Source of the DNA: Calditrichia bacterium
Lineage (GTDB): Bacteria; Calditrichota; Calditrichia; RBG-13-44-9; J075
Reading direction: 5' to 3'
DNA: 64,000 nt
Assembly (NCBI GenBank): GCA_050633245.1
Contig: JBOEGD010000030.1
Coordinates: 32,001-96,000, forward strand
Shown: in pieces, positions 29,435-38,565 of the stretch
How positions within the stretch are numbered: position 1 is the first letter of the stretch
Layout of the letters: each line of letters begins with the position of its first letter
Notes under the pieces: generated by a model
What the model was told of the DNA's origin: nothing
Database searches by the model: none
The model's input: only the letters and a program-made list of their open reading frames with translations
Program-made: the position numbers and the translations under genes

Positions 29435-30550
29435 ATGCTCAGACGACCTCTATTATACCTTCACGCTTTCATCCTGCTAACACTTCAATTCTGCCTGGCT
29501 CAATCCCATGAATCTCAAATACAGGCATTGCTGGATTCAACGCTGGCTGCCAATCCGCAGGCCGTTGGAATTATGGTGCATGTAGAAGCACCTGATTTAC
29601 AACTCTCCTTTAGCTCGGCGGCAGGCAATGTAAAAAAGGATTCGAACCTGCGACTTAAGCCACTACAGCCAGTATTAATTGCCAGCAATACTAAAACGGT
29701 CGTAGCAGCAGCCATTTTGCGATTAGCAGAAATGAAAAAGCTTCAGCTCGATGAAGCCATCGCTCCATTTTTGCACAAGAAGACATCAGCGGCATTGCTG
29801 GCCAGAGGATACCCGCTAGAATCAATTACGCTGATTCACCTGCTGTCACACACCTCAGGCATCACAGATTACGTCAATGACGCATACTTCGATTCAGTCG
29901 ATACCCAGCCGCAAAAACAATGGACCCGCGACGAACAAATCGAGCTGGCGATAACTGTCACTGATACACTCGTTGAACCGGGAAAAACATTCAGCTACGG
30001 CGACATCAACTATCTGCTACTTACCGAAGTCATCGAGACCTGCACCGGAAAGCCATTTTGGAAGGTCATTCCTGAGCTGCTGAACTTTTCAGCGAATAAT
30101 ATCAATGCAATGTGGTTTGTTAATCTCGAAGAAGCTCCGGCAGACGCTCTGCCGTTAGCTCATCAATATTGGGAAACGCGAGGGTGGGATTCGTATAATC
30201 TAAATCCATCCTGGGATCTTCACGGTGGCGGTGGACAGGCAGCAACAACCAAAGATCTTGCTGTTTTTTTTCAACAACTATTCACCGAACAAATAGTGAG
30301 GGATTCCGTATTGCTAAAAAGGATGTATACTCTTGTACTGCCAAAGAGTAAATCGATTTACTGTCTTGGTCTCAGGAAAATCAGCTTCGACGGTTATGAA
30401 GCCTATTATCATGGTGGCTTTTGGGGAACAGACGCTATGTATCTTCCCAAACTCAACATGACCATAGCAGCATTTACGCTGGAAAAGGATCAGCGAAACC
30501 ATAATGCCGATTTAAGCAAACGGATTATAAAGCTGCTTACCAAACCATAG
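29435..30550 (+). CDS. Secreted serine hydrolase (beta-lactamase/DD-peptidase family)
   Basis: Signal peptide, ASNTK, LLSHTSG and HGG motifs. Confidence 0.85.
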   Translation: MLRRPLLYLHAFILLTLQFCLAQSHESQIQALLDSTLAANPQAVGIMVHVEAPDLQLSFSSAAGNVKKDSNLRLKPLQPVLIASNTKTVVAAAILRLAEMKKLQLDEAIAPFLHKKTSAALLARGYPLESITLIHLLSHTSGITDYVNDAYFDSVDTQPQKQWTRDEQIELAITVTDTLVEPGKTFSYGDINYLLLTEVIETCTGKPFWKVIPELLNFSANNINAMWFVNLEEAPADALPLAHQYWETRGWDSYNLNPSWDLHGGGGQAATTKDLAVFFQQLFTEQIVRDSVLLKRMYTLVLPKSKSIYCLGLRKISFDGYEAYYHGGFWGTDAMYLPKLNMTIAAFTLEKDQRNHNADLSKRIIKLLTKP

Positions 30551-30569
30551 AATACCAGAGGTAATACTT

Positions 30570-30758
30570 ATGAAAAAGAATCAGGCTGGAGCGTTCTTTA
30601 TCGGCCTCGGCAGCGTCACAGTTGTCGCAGGGCTTGTTCAGTACTTTATTGGAGCAGACTTTTTCAACTACTCTTTTACCATTTTTATCGGAGTTACTTT
30701 ATGCGGTATAGCCTCGCTTTTGGGGAATACAGAGAAAAAGACTGACGGTGAACGGTGA
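30570..30758 (+). CDS. Small two-TM membrane protein
   Basis: SD GAGG; two hydrophobic segments. Confidence 0.65.
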   Translation: MKKNQAGAFFIGLGSVTVVAGLVQYFIGADFFNYSFTIFIGVTLCGIASLLGNTEKKTDGER

Positions 30759-30856
30759 ACGAAAAATAAATGCCTCAGGGTTTACAAATCAAAAAGATCT
30801 TCCTGTAGAACCAAAAGCCACAAGCCGTGTATTGAGAAGTAAACAACAAGGCAAAA

Positions 30857-31786
30857 ATGAATATCCCACTCCTTATTCTGGTATTAGTGCTAACTTTCAG
30901 CTGTTCGCAAGACACGCCCCAACTTAACAAAGAGACCTCCACTGCCGATGCTTTAAAACGCATTGTTGCCGAGCACTACCAACTTACGATTCCAAAACAA
31001 CAAACCGGACTTCTGATCCTTTTTCCATGCTTTCCCTGCAATGCTGAAAATACCGAACTTGAATTTGATATCGTGAATTTGGCTGCACAAAACGAGGTCG
31101 CCGTTTTGATGATGAATTTTAGTCAGCGTTTATGGCTATCCGATGCAGAGAATGCTGAGCTTGAGCGACAAATATCGGAAGCCATTACAAAGAACAATCT
31201 AAATTCAAATAATATCTACATTGGTGGATTTTCCAGCGGCGGCAATGTCTCACTTCTGCTGGCAAATCATCTCATCAAGATCGAATCTGACATTCAACCC
31301 AAGGGTGTGTTTATTGTCGATTCACCGATTGACCTGCTCGGTCTATACGAGAATGCCGTAGACAACATTACCAGGAATTATTCCGCTGTAGCCGTCGAAG
31401 AGTCCAAATGGATTGTCAATACATTCGACCGTGAATTTGGCAATGGAGATTCCAGCATTGCTCGCTACGAAGCAACATCTCCGTTTATTTCCAAGACTAA
31501 TTCAACAGTAAACCTGACTCACCTGGAAGACATGCAAATCCGCTTCTACTCAGAGCCCGATACTGCCTGGTGGAAAAAGAACAGACAAACGGATTACGAA
31601 GGTACAAATGCCTTCTATATTGAGAAGCTCGCCATCGAACTAAAAAAGCAATATGGTGATAACGCCGTTGAGTATATAGCGACTAAAAACAAAGGCTATA
31701 GAAACAACGGTGAACGGCATCCGCACTCCTGGTCTATTGTGGACAAGCAAAGCCTGATGGACTGGATGATAAGCGGTGAGCGGTGA
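30857..31786 (+). CDS. Lipoprotein, alpha/beta-hydrolase fold
   Basis: Lipobox TFSC, GFSSGG nucleophile motif, HPHSW. Confidence 0.75.
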   Translation: MNIPLLILVLVLTFSCSQDTPQLNKETSTADALKRIVAEHYQLTIPKQQTGLLILFPCFPCNAENTELEFDIVNLAAQNEVAVLMMNFSQRLWLSDAENAELERQISEAITKNNLNSNNIYIGGFSSGGNVSLLLANHLIKIESDIQPKGVFIVDSPIDLLGLYENAVDNITRNYSAVAVEESKWIVNTFDREFGNGDSSIARYEATSPFISKTNSTVNLTHLEDMQIRFYSEPDTAWWKKNRQTDYEGTNAFYIEKLAIELKKQYGDNAVEYIATKNKGYRNNGERHPHSWSIVDKQSLMDWMISGER

Positions 31787-31796
31787 GCGGTGAGCG
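31772..31796. repeat. Heptamer tandem repeat (AGCGGTG)x3.5 overlapping a stop codon
   Basis: Direct reading; related repeat at 30744-30761. Confidence 0.8.
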
Positions 31797-32039
31797 AAGT
31801 TTGCTGCGGTTGATAATTCATCCAACAAAGATCTAAGGCGTGTCCAGGTAGTGTTCTTGTCTCGTCGCCTTGTCTTCCCATAAGCGAAGCGACCAATAAG
31901 TCCCGAAGGGATGGCCTACCAGCGCCAAAGGCGCGACCCACCCCCTACCAGCGAACGCAGTGAGCGGTCTACCCTCGTCACTGTTGATTCTCCGCATTCT
32001 TTTTGTTAACTTGTATCGATATACATCCGGGAGAACATA

Positions 32040-32351
32040 ATGTTTATTAAACGACTTCCGCGGCATCGCGAATTTAAGTATAATCCAAGGGTTTACGATC
32101 CTGCGAAAGATGAAGAAGAGCAGGTCAATCGCAGACGAAATGCCTCTATGCGTTTCAGACGCTCGACGCGAGCAGCAGACAAAGCAGAAACCCTGCGCAA
32201 TACCGGAAGAAAAAGCTCGACATTAATGGGCATGCTGCACACTGCTTTACAATACATAACTAAACGCGGTAGTCTGCCGATAAAATGGGTTATTATGAGC
32301 GGACTTGTTATTTTCCTGATGTACATACTGGATCAGCTCTCAAAAGTCTAA
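32040..32351 (+). CDS. Hypothetical basic protein with a C-terminal TM helix
   Basis: SD GGAG; PRHREFKYNPRVYDP N-terminal motif. Confidence 0.7.
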   Translation: MFIKRLPRHREFKYNPRVYDPAKDEEEQVNRRRNASMRFRRSTRAADKAETLRNTGRKSSTLMGMLHTALQYITKRGSLPIKWVIMSGLVIFLMYILDQLSKV

Positions 32352-32383
32352 TACGATTTCTATTCTAACCGGGAGGTTAACGC

Positions 32384-33463
32384 ATGTTTCAGATTGCGGA
32401 GGTGCTCAAGAAAGTTCCTTTCTTTCAAACGCTTGGACGCGACGGCATCGATTTTATTGTAGAACGATTGAAGTTTAAGCCCTATGACGGCGAAGAGCTT
32501 ATTTGCCAGGCTGGTGACCCCGGCGATAAGATGTATATCGTTATCAATGGCGAGGTTAAAGTCGTCGTCAGCTCCGATGGCGGCGAAGAAAAGGTGATTG
32601 CCTATCTCGCAACCGGAGATTATTTTGGTGAAATGTCTTTGCTTACCGGTGAGCCGCGCTCTGCTTCTGTCGTTACCACCAAGACCTCCGAAATGTTTGT
32701 TTTGAACAAAAATGACTTCGATGTTATCATAGAAAAATTTCCCTCCATTACGCTTAGCATGAGTAAGATCATGAGTCAGCGGCTTCGCGAAACGAATCAA
32801 AAAGCAGCAAATGCAGCGCCTGATAAATCCAGCAATATAAAAGGTGAGCTCTCTGAAAAAAGCCTTGTCGACGTAATGAAATTCTGCGAAGAAAATTCCC
32901 TTAATGGCAAAGTTCTGATTCAAAATGGTGATGACAAGGGTCAGCTCCATTATGAAAAAGGTGAGCTTCAAAAGGTAGCCTTAAGCGACAAGCCGGAAGA
33001 CCAGGCGCTAGATTCGATGCTGAAGTGGAAAGTAGGACAGTTTGTCGTTGAACCCCGTCCGATGAAGCTCGATGAAAAAGAGCAAAAAAAACCGACTCCA
33101 CCGGCAGAGCCGCATCGCATTATTATCGTGAATAATAGCATGGTAGTGCAAAAGATTCTACAACGCGCCTTCGACAGCATGGGATATGAAGTTTATGCAA
33201 TCGAAAAAAGCTCTAAAGCATTAACCATGATTAAGTCTATGAAACCCAATTTGATTATTTCCGATACCAAGCTGCCCGATTCTTCCGGAAGTGAATTTCT
33301 GGCTTCCGCGCGTGAAGTCAGTCAGGTTCCCATCGTGATGCTAACGGAACAATCCAATCGCGCGCAGTTTGAGAATGATCTTAAAAACAATTCGAAGGTA
33401 TTTTTTACCAACTCTCAAGAGGTCGGGGAAGTTGTTAAAGTGGTTGAAAACGCTTTAAAGTAA
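32384..33463 (+). CDS. cNMP-binding + DUF4388 (PatA-N-like) + receiver-like domain protein
   Basis: GDYFGEMSLLTGEPRSA; IKGELSEKSLVDVMKF; C-terminal REC fold. Confidence 0.85.
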   Translation: MFQIAEVLKKVPFFQTLGRDGIDFIVERLKFKPYDGEELICQAGDPGDKMYIVINGEVKVVVSSDGGEEKVIAYLATGDYFGEMSLLTGEPRSASVVTTKTSEMFVLNKNDFDVIIEKFPSITLSMSKIMSQRLRETNQKAANAAPDKSSNIKGELSEKSLVDVMKFCEENSLNGKVLIQNGDDKGQLHYEKGELQKVALSDKPEDQALDSMLKWKVGQFVVEPRPMKLDEKEQKKPTPPAEPHRIIIVNNSMVVQKILQRAFDSMGYEVYAIEKSSKALTMIKSMKPNLIISDTKLPDSSGSEFLASAREVSQVPIVMLTEQSNRAQFENDLKNNSKVFFTNSQEVGEVVKVVENALK

Positions 33464-33500
33464 GCACCATTTTATCCCTACCTGCTGCACCGGAGGTGTT

Positions 33501-33881
33501 GTGAACGCTCCAAACGTGTCACCTCAGCTTTTTGAACAGGTCTTTTTGGCTTGTTATGAATTTGCCGGTATGTTACTCGGTGAACGGAAAACCCGTCGAA
33601 TTTGCCATGATAGTTACATGGCACTCCTGCCCTATTTCTATCACCTCAATCGCTTCGACTTCAGCGCAAAGAATAAATTGGATGTGCTCATTGCCGAACC
33701 CGGCGACAACGAAGTGCTGGCTTTTGCCGTCTGGATGCAGCTTTTCCTGCGCTATATGCAAAACGAGCTGGCCGGGCTCGACGCCGTCGACATTCGCATC
33801 CTCACTGGAGAATATGCTCTGGATCTGGAGCCTACCAATTTTTACGACTACTATAACCACGCCGCTGAATTGCAATATTGA
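33501..33881 (+). CDS. Hypothetical protein
   Basis: GTG start with SD GGAGG; 126 aa. Confidence 0.7.
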   Translation: MNAPNVSPQLFEQVFLACYEFAGMLLGERKTRRICHDSYMALLPYFYHLNRFDFSAKNKLDVLIAEPGDNEVLAFAVWMQLFLRYMQNELAGLDAVDIRILTGEYALDLEPTNFYDYYNHAAELQY

Positions 33882-33897
33882 TTTTCGAATCTTTTCA

Positions 33898-33930
33898 AAA
33901 GAGGAGCAGTTTTCAAAACTGCTCCTCTTT
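33898..33930. repeat. REP-like perfect palindrome (may act as a terminator)
   Basis: AAAGAGGAGCAGTTTT-C-AAAACTGCTCCTCTTT. Confidence 0.75.
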
Positions 33931-34011
33931 ATATTAGCGATGAGATTAGAATTTTTGTAGATTATTGCTCTCTACTACAGAACACTGAAACAGACCAGGC
34001 GAGGTTAGCAG

Positions 34012-35283
34012 ATGATAGACTTAAAGCGGATCCGGGAGAATCCTGAAGCGGTAAAAGAAGGCATTAAAAACAAGCGGGAAAAAGGCGATGTCGACCGTAT
34101 TTTAGAACTGGATGACAAGCGCCGTGCGCTTCTTCAGAATGCCGAGACTTTAAAAGCAGACCGAAATACATTCTCAAAAGAAGTAAATACATTAAAGCGG
34201 GAAGGCAAGAACGCCGATGAGCTCATTGCCAAAACCCGCGCCATTGGTGATAAAATCAAACAACTTGATGAGTCTTTAAAGGCAATCACCACCGAGCTGG
34301 GAGATCAGGTCGATCGCTTACCCAATTTACCTCATGCCAGTGTGCCAATCGGCCAAAATGAGACAGATAATGTTGAAGTAAAGACCTGGGGCGAAATCCC
34401 TACCTTCGATTTTAAGGTACGCGACCACATGGAACTCGGCGAAAATCTGGAGCTGTTCGATTTTGCTCGTGGTAGTAAGATCAGCGGACGTGGATTCCCG
34501 GTTTATACTGGTGCTGGTGCCAGACTCGAACGCGCGATGCTTAATTTTATGCTGGATCTGCATTCCGAACAGCATGGCTTTCGCGAAACTTTTCCGCCAT
34601 TTCTGGTCAATCGCGCCAGCATGCGCGGCACCGGACAGCTTCCCAAGATGGAAGAAGATATGTATCGTGCAGATAAAGATGACCTCTTCCTTATCCCGAC
34701 AGCTGAAGTTCCGGTAACCAATTTGCACCGTGATGAAATGCTGGATAAAAATGCTCTGCCAATCAAGTATTGTGCTTATACCGCTTGTTTTCGACGTGAA
34801 GCAGGCTCGTGGGGAAAAGACACGCGAGGTTTCTTGCGTCTCCACCAATTCAACAAGGTTGAATTGGTTAAATACGTCGATCCGGAAACATCCTACGATG
34901 AACTGGAAAGCCTGCTGATAAATGCCTGCCGCGTGCTGGAACTTCTGAAGGTTCCTTATCGCGTCATTGAACTCTGTAGCGGCGATCTTAGCTTTGCAGC
35001 CGCGAAGTGCTACGATATTGAAGTGTGGTCCCCGGCAGAGAATAATTGGCTGGAGGCATCATCCTGCAGTAATTTCGAAGACTTTCAGGCACGACGCATG
35101 AATATTCGTTTTAAGCGAGAAGCAAAGACAAAACCAGAGTTTGTACATACGCTCAATGGTTCCGGACTGGCGACGCCTCGTCTTCTTGTCGCTCTGCTGG
35201 AAAACAATCAACAGGAAGACGGCAGCGTAAAGATTCCGGAGCCGCTGCAAAAATACACCGGCTTTAGCATCCTAAAGCCCTAA
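34012..35283 (+). CDS. serS: Serine--tRNA ligase
   Basis: [32 protein letters not shown]. Confidence 0.97.
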   Translation: MIDLKRIRENPEAVKEGIKNKREKGDVDRILELDDKRRALLQNAETLKADRNTFSKEVNTLKREGKNADELIAKTRAIGDKIKQLDESLKAITTELGDQVDRLPNLPHASVPIGQNETDNVEVKTWGEIPTFDFKVRDHMELGENLELFDFARGSKISGRGFPVYTGAGARLERAMLNFMLDLHSEQHGFRETFPPFLVNRASMRGTGQLPKMEEDMYRADKDDLFLIPTAEVPVTNLHRDEMLDKNALPIKYCAYTACFRREAGSWGKDTRGFLRLHQFNKVELVKYVDPETSYDELESLLINACRVLELLKVPYRVIELCSGDLSFAAAKCYDIEVWSPAENNWLEASSCSNFEDFQARRMNIRFKREAKTKPEFVHTLNGSGLATPRLLVALLENNQQEDGSVKIPEPLQKYTGFSILKP

Positions 35284-35302
35284 CGCGGGAAGAAAACGAA
35301 TC

Positions 35303-36025
35303 ATGAACGTGCTTCGAACTATTTTCACGTTTACCCTGCTTGGTTTGTACACTGTACCACTGGCAATTATCGTAATTGTCATTGGCTATTTTGTAAAATA
35401 CTCAGACTTCAGCTATGAAGTCATTGCCAAAGCCTGGTCTCGCTGGCAGCTTTGGTGCGCTGGCATCAAAGTGAATGTAAAAGGACAGGAAAACCTGCAG
35501 GATGATCAATCGTATATGATCGTCTGTAACCACCAAAGCCACTCCGACATTCCGGTTATGCTGGCTCATATGCCAATGCGAATGACAATAATCGCCAAGC
35601 AGGAACTGTTTAAAATTCCTTTTTTTGGCCCGGGAATACGCGCATTAGGTATTCTGCCTATTGACCGTAAGAATCGCGAAAAGGCCTTTCGCACTCTGAA
35701 GGAAGCGGCAAAGGTTATTCACGAACGCAATATTTCCGTTTTGGCTTTCCCCGAAGGCACACGCACTGATGATGGAAAGATGCAGCCATTTAAGAAGGGC
35801 CCCTTTATGTTGGCCGTTGATGCGGAAATTCCGATTTTACCCGTAACTATTGATGGCACATTTGCTATTTTTCCAAAAGGCAGTTATACCTTCAAGCCCG
35901 GAAACGTAACGCTAACCATCCACCCACCGATTTCTGTAGAAGGCTACTCACGAGCAAACAGAGATCAGCTGATGGCAATTGTCCATGAAACAATGAGCAG
36001 AGGACTCTATGAAACCGTGGAATAA
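35303..36025 (+). CDS. plsC: 1-acyl-sn-glycerol-3-phosphate acyltransferase
   Basis: NHQSHSD (HX4D), FPEGTR, FKKG. Confidence 0.88.
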   Translation: MNVLRTIFTFTLLGLYTVPLAIIVIVIGYFVKYSDFSYEVIAKAWSRWQLWCAGIKVNVKGQENLQDDQSYMIVCNHQSHSDIPVMLAHMPMRMTIIAKQELFKIPFFGPGIRALGILPIDRKNREKAFRTLKEAAKVIHERNISVLAFPEGTRTDDGKMQPFKKGPFMLAVDAEIPILPVTIDGTFAIFPKGSYTFKPGNVTLTIHPPISVEGYSRANRDQLMAIVHETMSRGLYETVE

Positions 36026-36650
36026 TAAGACCAACTGCTTTGTATCTGATCACCCGCTGATTGCAGATAAATTGACTGTATTACGAGACAAGAATACAGT
36101 TTCAGAAATTTTTCGATCCGGGCTGGAAACCATTAGCCAATTTTTGTTTTTTGAGGCATCACGTCACATGAAATGCCGGGTTACTCCAATTGAAACACCT
36201 CTTGAAGCAATTGATGGCCAGCAGCTGGAACAGCCAATCTTACTTGTTCCTATTCTGCGGGCCGGGCTAGCCATGTCCAACGCCATTCGCCAGGTTTGTC
36301 CTGCCAGTGTTGGCATGATAGGTATGTACCGCGATCACGAGACGCTCCAACCTGTAGAATATTATTTGAACCTTCCTGATAGCGCCCCCGAAATGGAAGT
36401 CTTTTTACTGGATCCGATGTTGGCAACAGGAGGAAGTGCCGTTGCTGCAATTGAGGCCATCCACAAACAAGGTGTGAAAAAGATTACCATGATCGCCCTT
36501 ATCGGCGCCCCGGAAGGCGCAGACAAAATACATGAATCCTTTGCCGACATCCCCATCTATCTCGCCGCAATGGATCGACAGTTAAACGACATCGGCTATA
36601 TTCTTCCCGGTCTTGGCGATGCCGGAGACCGCTATTTCGGCACAGAATAA
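36009..36650 (+). CDS. upp: Uracil phosphoribosyltransferase
   Basis: VPILRAG, DPMLATGGS, YILPGLGDAGDR. Confidence 0.95.
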   Translation: MKPWNNKTNCFVSDHPLIADKLTVLRDKNTVSEIFRSGLETISQFLFFEASRHMKCRVTPIETPLEAIDGQQLEQPILLVPILRAGLAMSNAIRQVCPASVGMIGMYRDHETLQPVEYYLNLPDSAPEMEVFLLDPMLATGGSAVAAIEAIHKQGVKKITMIALIGAPEGADKIHESFADIPIYLAAMDRQLNDIGYILPGLGDAGDRYFGTE

Positions 36651-36690
36651 TCCATCCAAGCTCCTGCTAACGCTTAAAAAGCGTTTACTA

Positions 36691-36771
36691 TTGACAATGA
36701 GAAATTATTCACTATATTGCCCTTGTGAAGAATATCACGATTGTTGTCCCACATTGTGAACTCTCTCGCAA
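36691..36771 (+). promoter_or_regulatory. Promoter upstream of aceA with three TGTGA-N6-TCACA-like boxes
   Basis: TTGACA-N16-TATATT; boxes at 36697-36714, 36723-36740 and 36754-36771. Confidence 0.6.
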
Positions 36772-36928
36772 AAAATAAACATCCTTTTCATCTCTATCGT
36801 TCTTAGCCCATGTGATCTGTAGCCTACAGATCGCCTTTCTTTTTTACTTAATTGTAGTTATAGAGATGTAAAAGCAGGTCGATTATTGTTAAATAAAATG
36901 CAATTTAAAAATGCCGTAAGGAGGTATG

Positions 36929-38218
36929 ATGAGTCGCCTGAAACAAGCAGAAATGATGGAAAAAGATTGGAAAGAGAACAAACGTTGGGCGGGAATTAAA
37001 CGCTCTTACACTGCCGAAGAAGTAACAAAAATGCAGGGATCAGTCGTGTTGGAATATACGCTGGGGCAGCTTGGAGCAAAGCGCCTATGGGATCTTATGC
37101 ACAGCGAAGACTTTGTGAATTCGCTCGGTGCGCTAACCGGCAACCAGGCCGTCGAGCAAATCCAGGCCGGGTTAAAAGCCATATACCTGAGTGGATGGCA
37201 AGTTGCTGCTGACGCAAACCATGCCGGAATTATGTATCCCGATCAGAGCCTTTATCCTGCAGACAGCGTGCCGGGCGTTGTGCGTAAGATTAACAACGCT
37301 CTGATGCGCGCAGATCAAATTGATCACATGAACGGCAATACCGATATTCACTGGTTGGCTCCAATCGTTGCCGATGCCGAAGCCGGATTTGGTGGCGCTC
37401 TAAACGCATTCGAACTCATGCGCGCCATGATCGAATCTGGTGCTGCCGGAGTTCACTTTGAAGATCAGCTGGCCTCCGCTAAAAAATGCGGCCACATGGG
37501 TGGAAAAGTTTTAGTACCTACCGATGAGTTTGTTCGCAAGCTAATCGCGGCGCGTCTGGCAAGCGATGTCATGGGTGTACCGACCGTCCTATTGGCAAGA
37601 ACAGATGCATTTAGCGCCACGCTTATTACCAGCGATGTAGATGAATACGATCATCAATTTATCGATTATGATGCAGAACGTACTATCGAAGGGTTTTATC
37701 GCCTTAAAGGCGGCCTAGATCGCGCAATTGCTCGTGGTCTTGCCTACGCGCCATATTGCGACGTTATCTGGTGCGAGACAGCAACACCCGATCTGGATGA
37801 TGCTCGAACGTTCGCCGAAGCAATCCACGATAAATTCCCAGGTAAACTTCTTGCATATAATTGCTCTCCATCTTTCAACTGGAAGCGCCATCTGGATGAA
37901 GCGACCATCGGAAAGTTCCAGCGTGAACTTGGCGCCATGGGATACAAATTCCAGTTCGTAACGCTGGCCGGATTCCATACGCTGAATACAAGTATGTTTG
38001 AGTTAGCTCTGGGCTATCGTGATAAAGGAATGGCTGCTTATTCGAAGCTACAGGAAAGAGAATTCGAGCTGGAACGCGATCATGGTTTTCGCGCTGTGAA
38101 GCATCAAAGTTTTGTAGGTGCAGGGTATTTTGATGAGATTCAGAATATCATTACCGGTGGAGCCGCATCAACCCGGGCACTGGAAGGCTCTACCGAAGAA
38201 GAGCAGTTTCACGACTAA
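36929..38218 (+). CDS. aceA: Isocitrate lyase
   Basis: KKCGHMGGK signature, [29 protein letters not shown] spacing favours the second ATG (36929) over 36926. Confidence 0.97.
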   Translation: MSRLKQAEMMEKDWKENKRWAGIKRSYTAEEVTKMQGSVVLEYTLGQLGAKRLWDLMHSEDFVNSLGALTGNQAVEQIQAGLKAIYLSGWQVAADANHAGIMYPDQSLYPADSVPGVVRKINNALMRADQIDHMNGNTDIHWLAPIVADAEAGFGGALNAFELMRAMIESGAAGVHFEDQLASAKKCGHMGGKVLVPTDEFVRKLIAARLASDVMGVPTVLLARTDAFSATLITSDVDEYDHQFIDYDAERTIEGFYRLKGGLDRAIARGLAYAPYCDVIWCETATPDLDDARTFAEAIHDKFPGKLLAYNCSPSFNWKRHLDEATIGKFQRELGAMGYKFQFVTLAGFHTLNTSMFELALGYRDKGMAAYSKLQEREFELERDHGFRAVKHQSFVGAGYFDEIQNIITGGAASTRALEGSTEEEQFHD

Positions 38219-38299
38219 GTAACTCACAAACTATAGATATCACTTGAACGCAGCTTATTGCCAATTCAGGTGGTATCTACTCCCAAAACAATTTTGAGC

Positions 38300-38334
38300 A
38301 AAAAAAAACACGGCAGGCCAAAGACCTGCCGTGT
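38300..38334 (-). terminator. Intrinsic terminator (minus strand)
   Basis: ACACGGCAGG-TCTTTGG-CCTGCCGTGT followed by a T-run. Confidence 0.88.
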
Positions 38335-38377
38335 AACCCAAATAACCAAAACAAAGGAGAGAGAAGACTCACCTTCT
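38300..38377 (-). ncRNA. Candidate trans-acting sRNA (~78 nt)
   Basis: Own -10 and activator site, 5' hairpin, single-stranded C/U- and G/U-rich seed, intrinsic terminator, and long complementarity to two distant loci. Confidence 0.65.
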
Positions 38378-38383
38378 TATGAG

Positions 38384-38426
38384 AATATACACCGTGAACT
38401 TACGTTACCATGTGATACCCTGCACA
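38384..38426 (-). promoter_or_regulatory. Class II CRP/FNR-type activated promoter of the candidate sRNA
   Basis: -10 TATATT (38389-38384); TGTGC-N6-TCACA (38426-38411) centred at -41.5 for +1 at 38377; poor -35. Confidence 0.55.
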
Positions 38427-38565
38427 AAAAGTTTACTTTCTCCCCCTTGCAACCCAACTAAAGATACATCATTTTTTTTCTATTTACAATCCACAACATA
38501 TAATTCTTCAAAAAACGCTCATCAGGCGTTATCTTTGCCCCTGTAAACCACAAAGAAACAGCATG

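Noticed and set aside
32360-34848. Long antisense ORFs (32360..32971, 34327..34848) and similar shadow ORFs elsewhere
   Set aside because: They lie opposite well-supported genes and have no motifs of their own.
38258-38461. 67-aa plus-strand ORF over the sRNA locus (and the 47437..47640 ORF)
   Set aside because: No SD at the starts and no recognisable motifs. Both overlap promoter or terminator signals better explained as non-coding.
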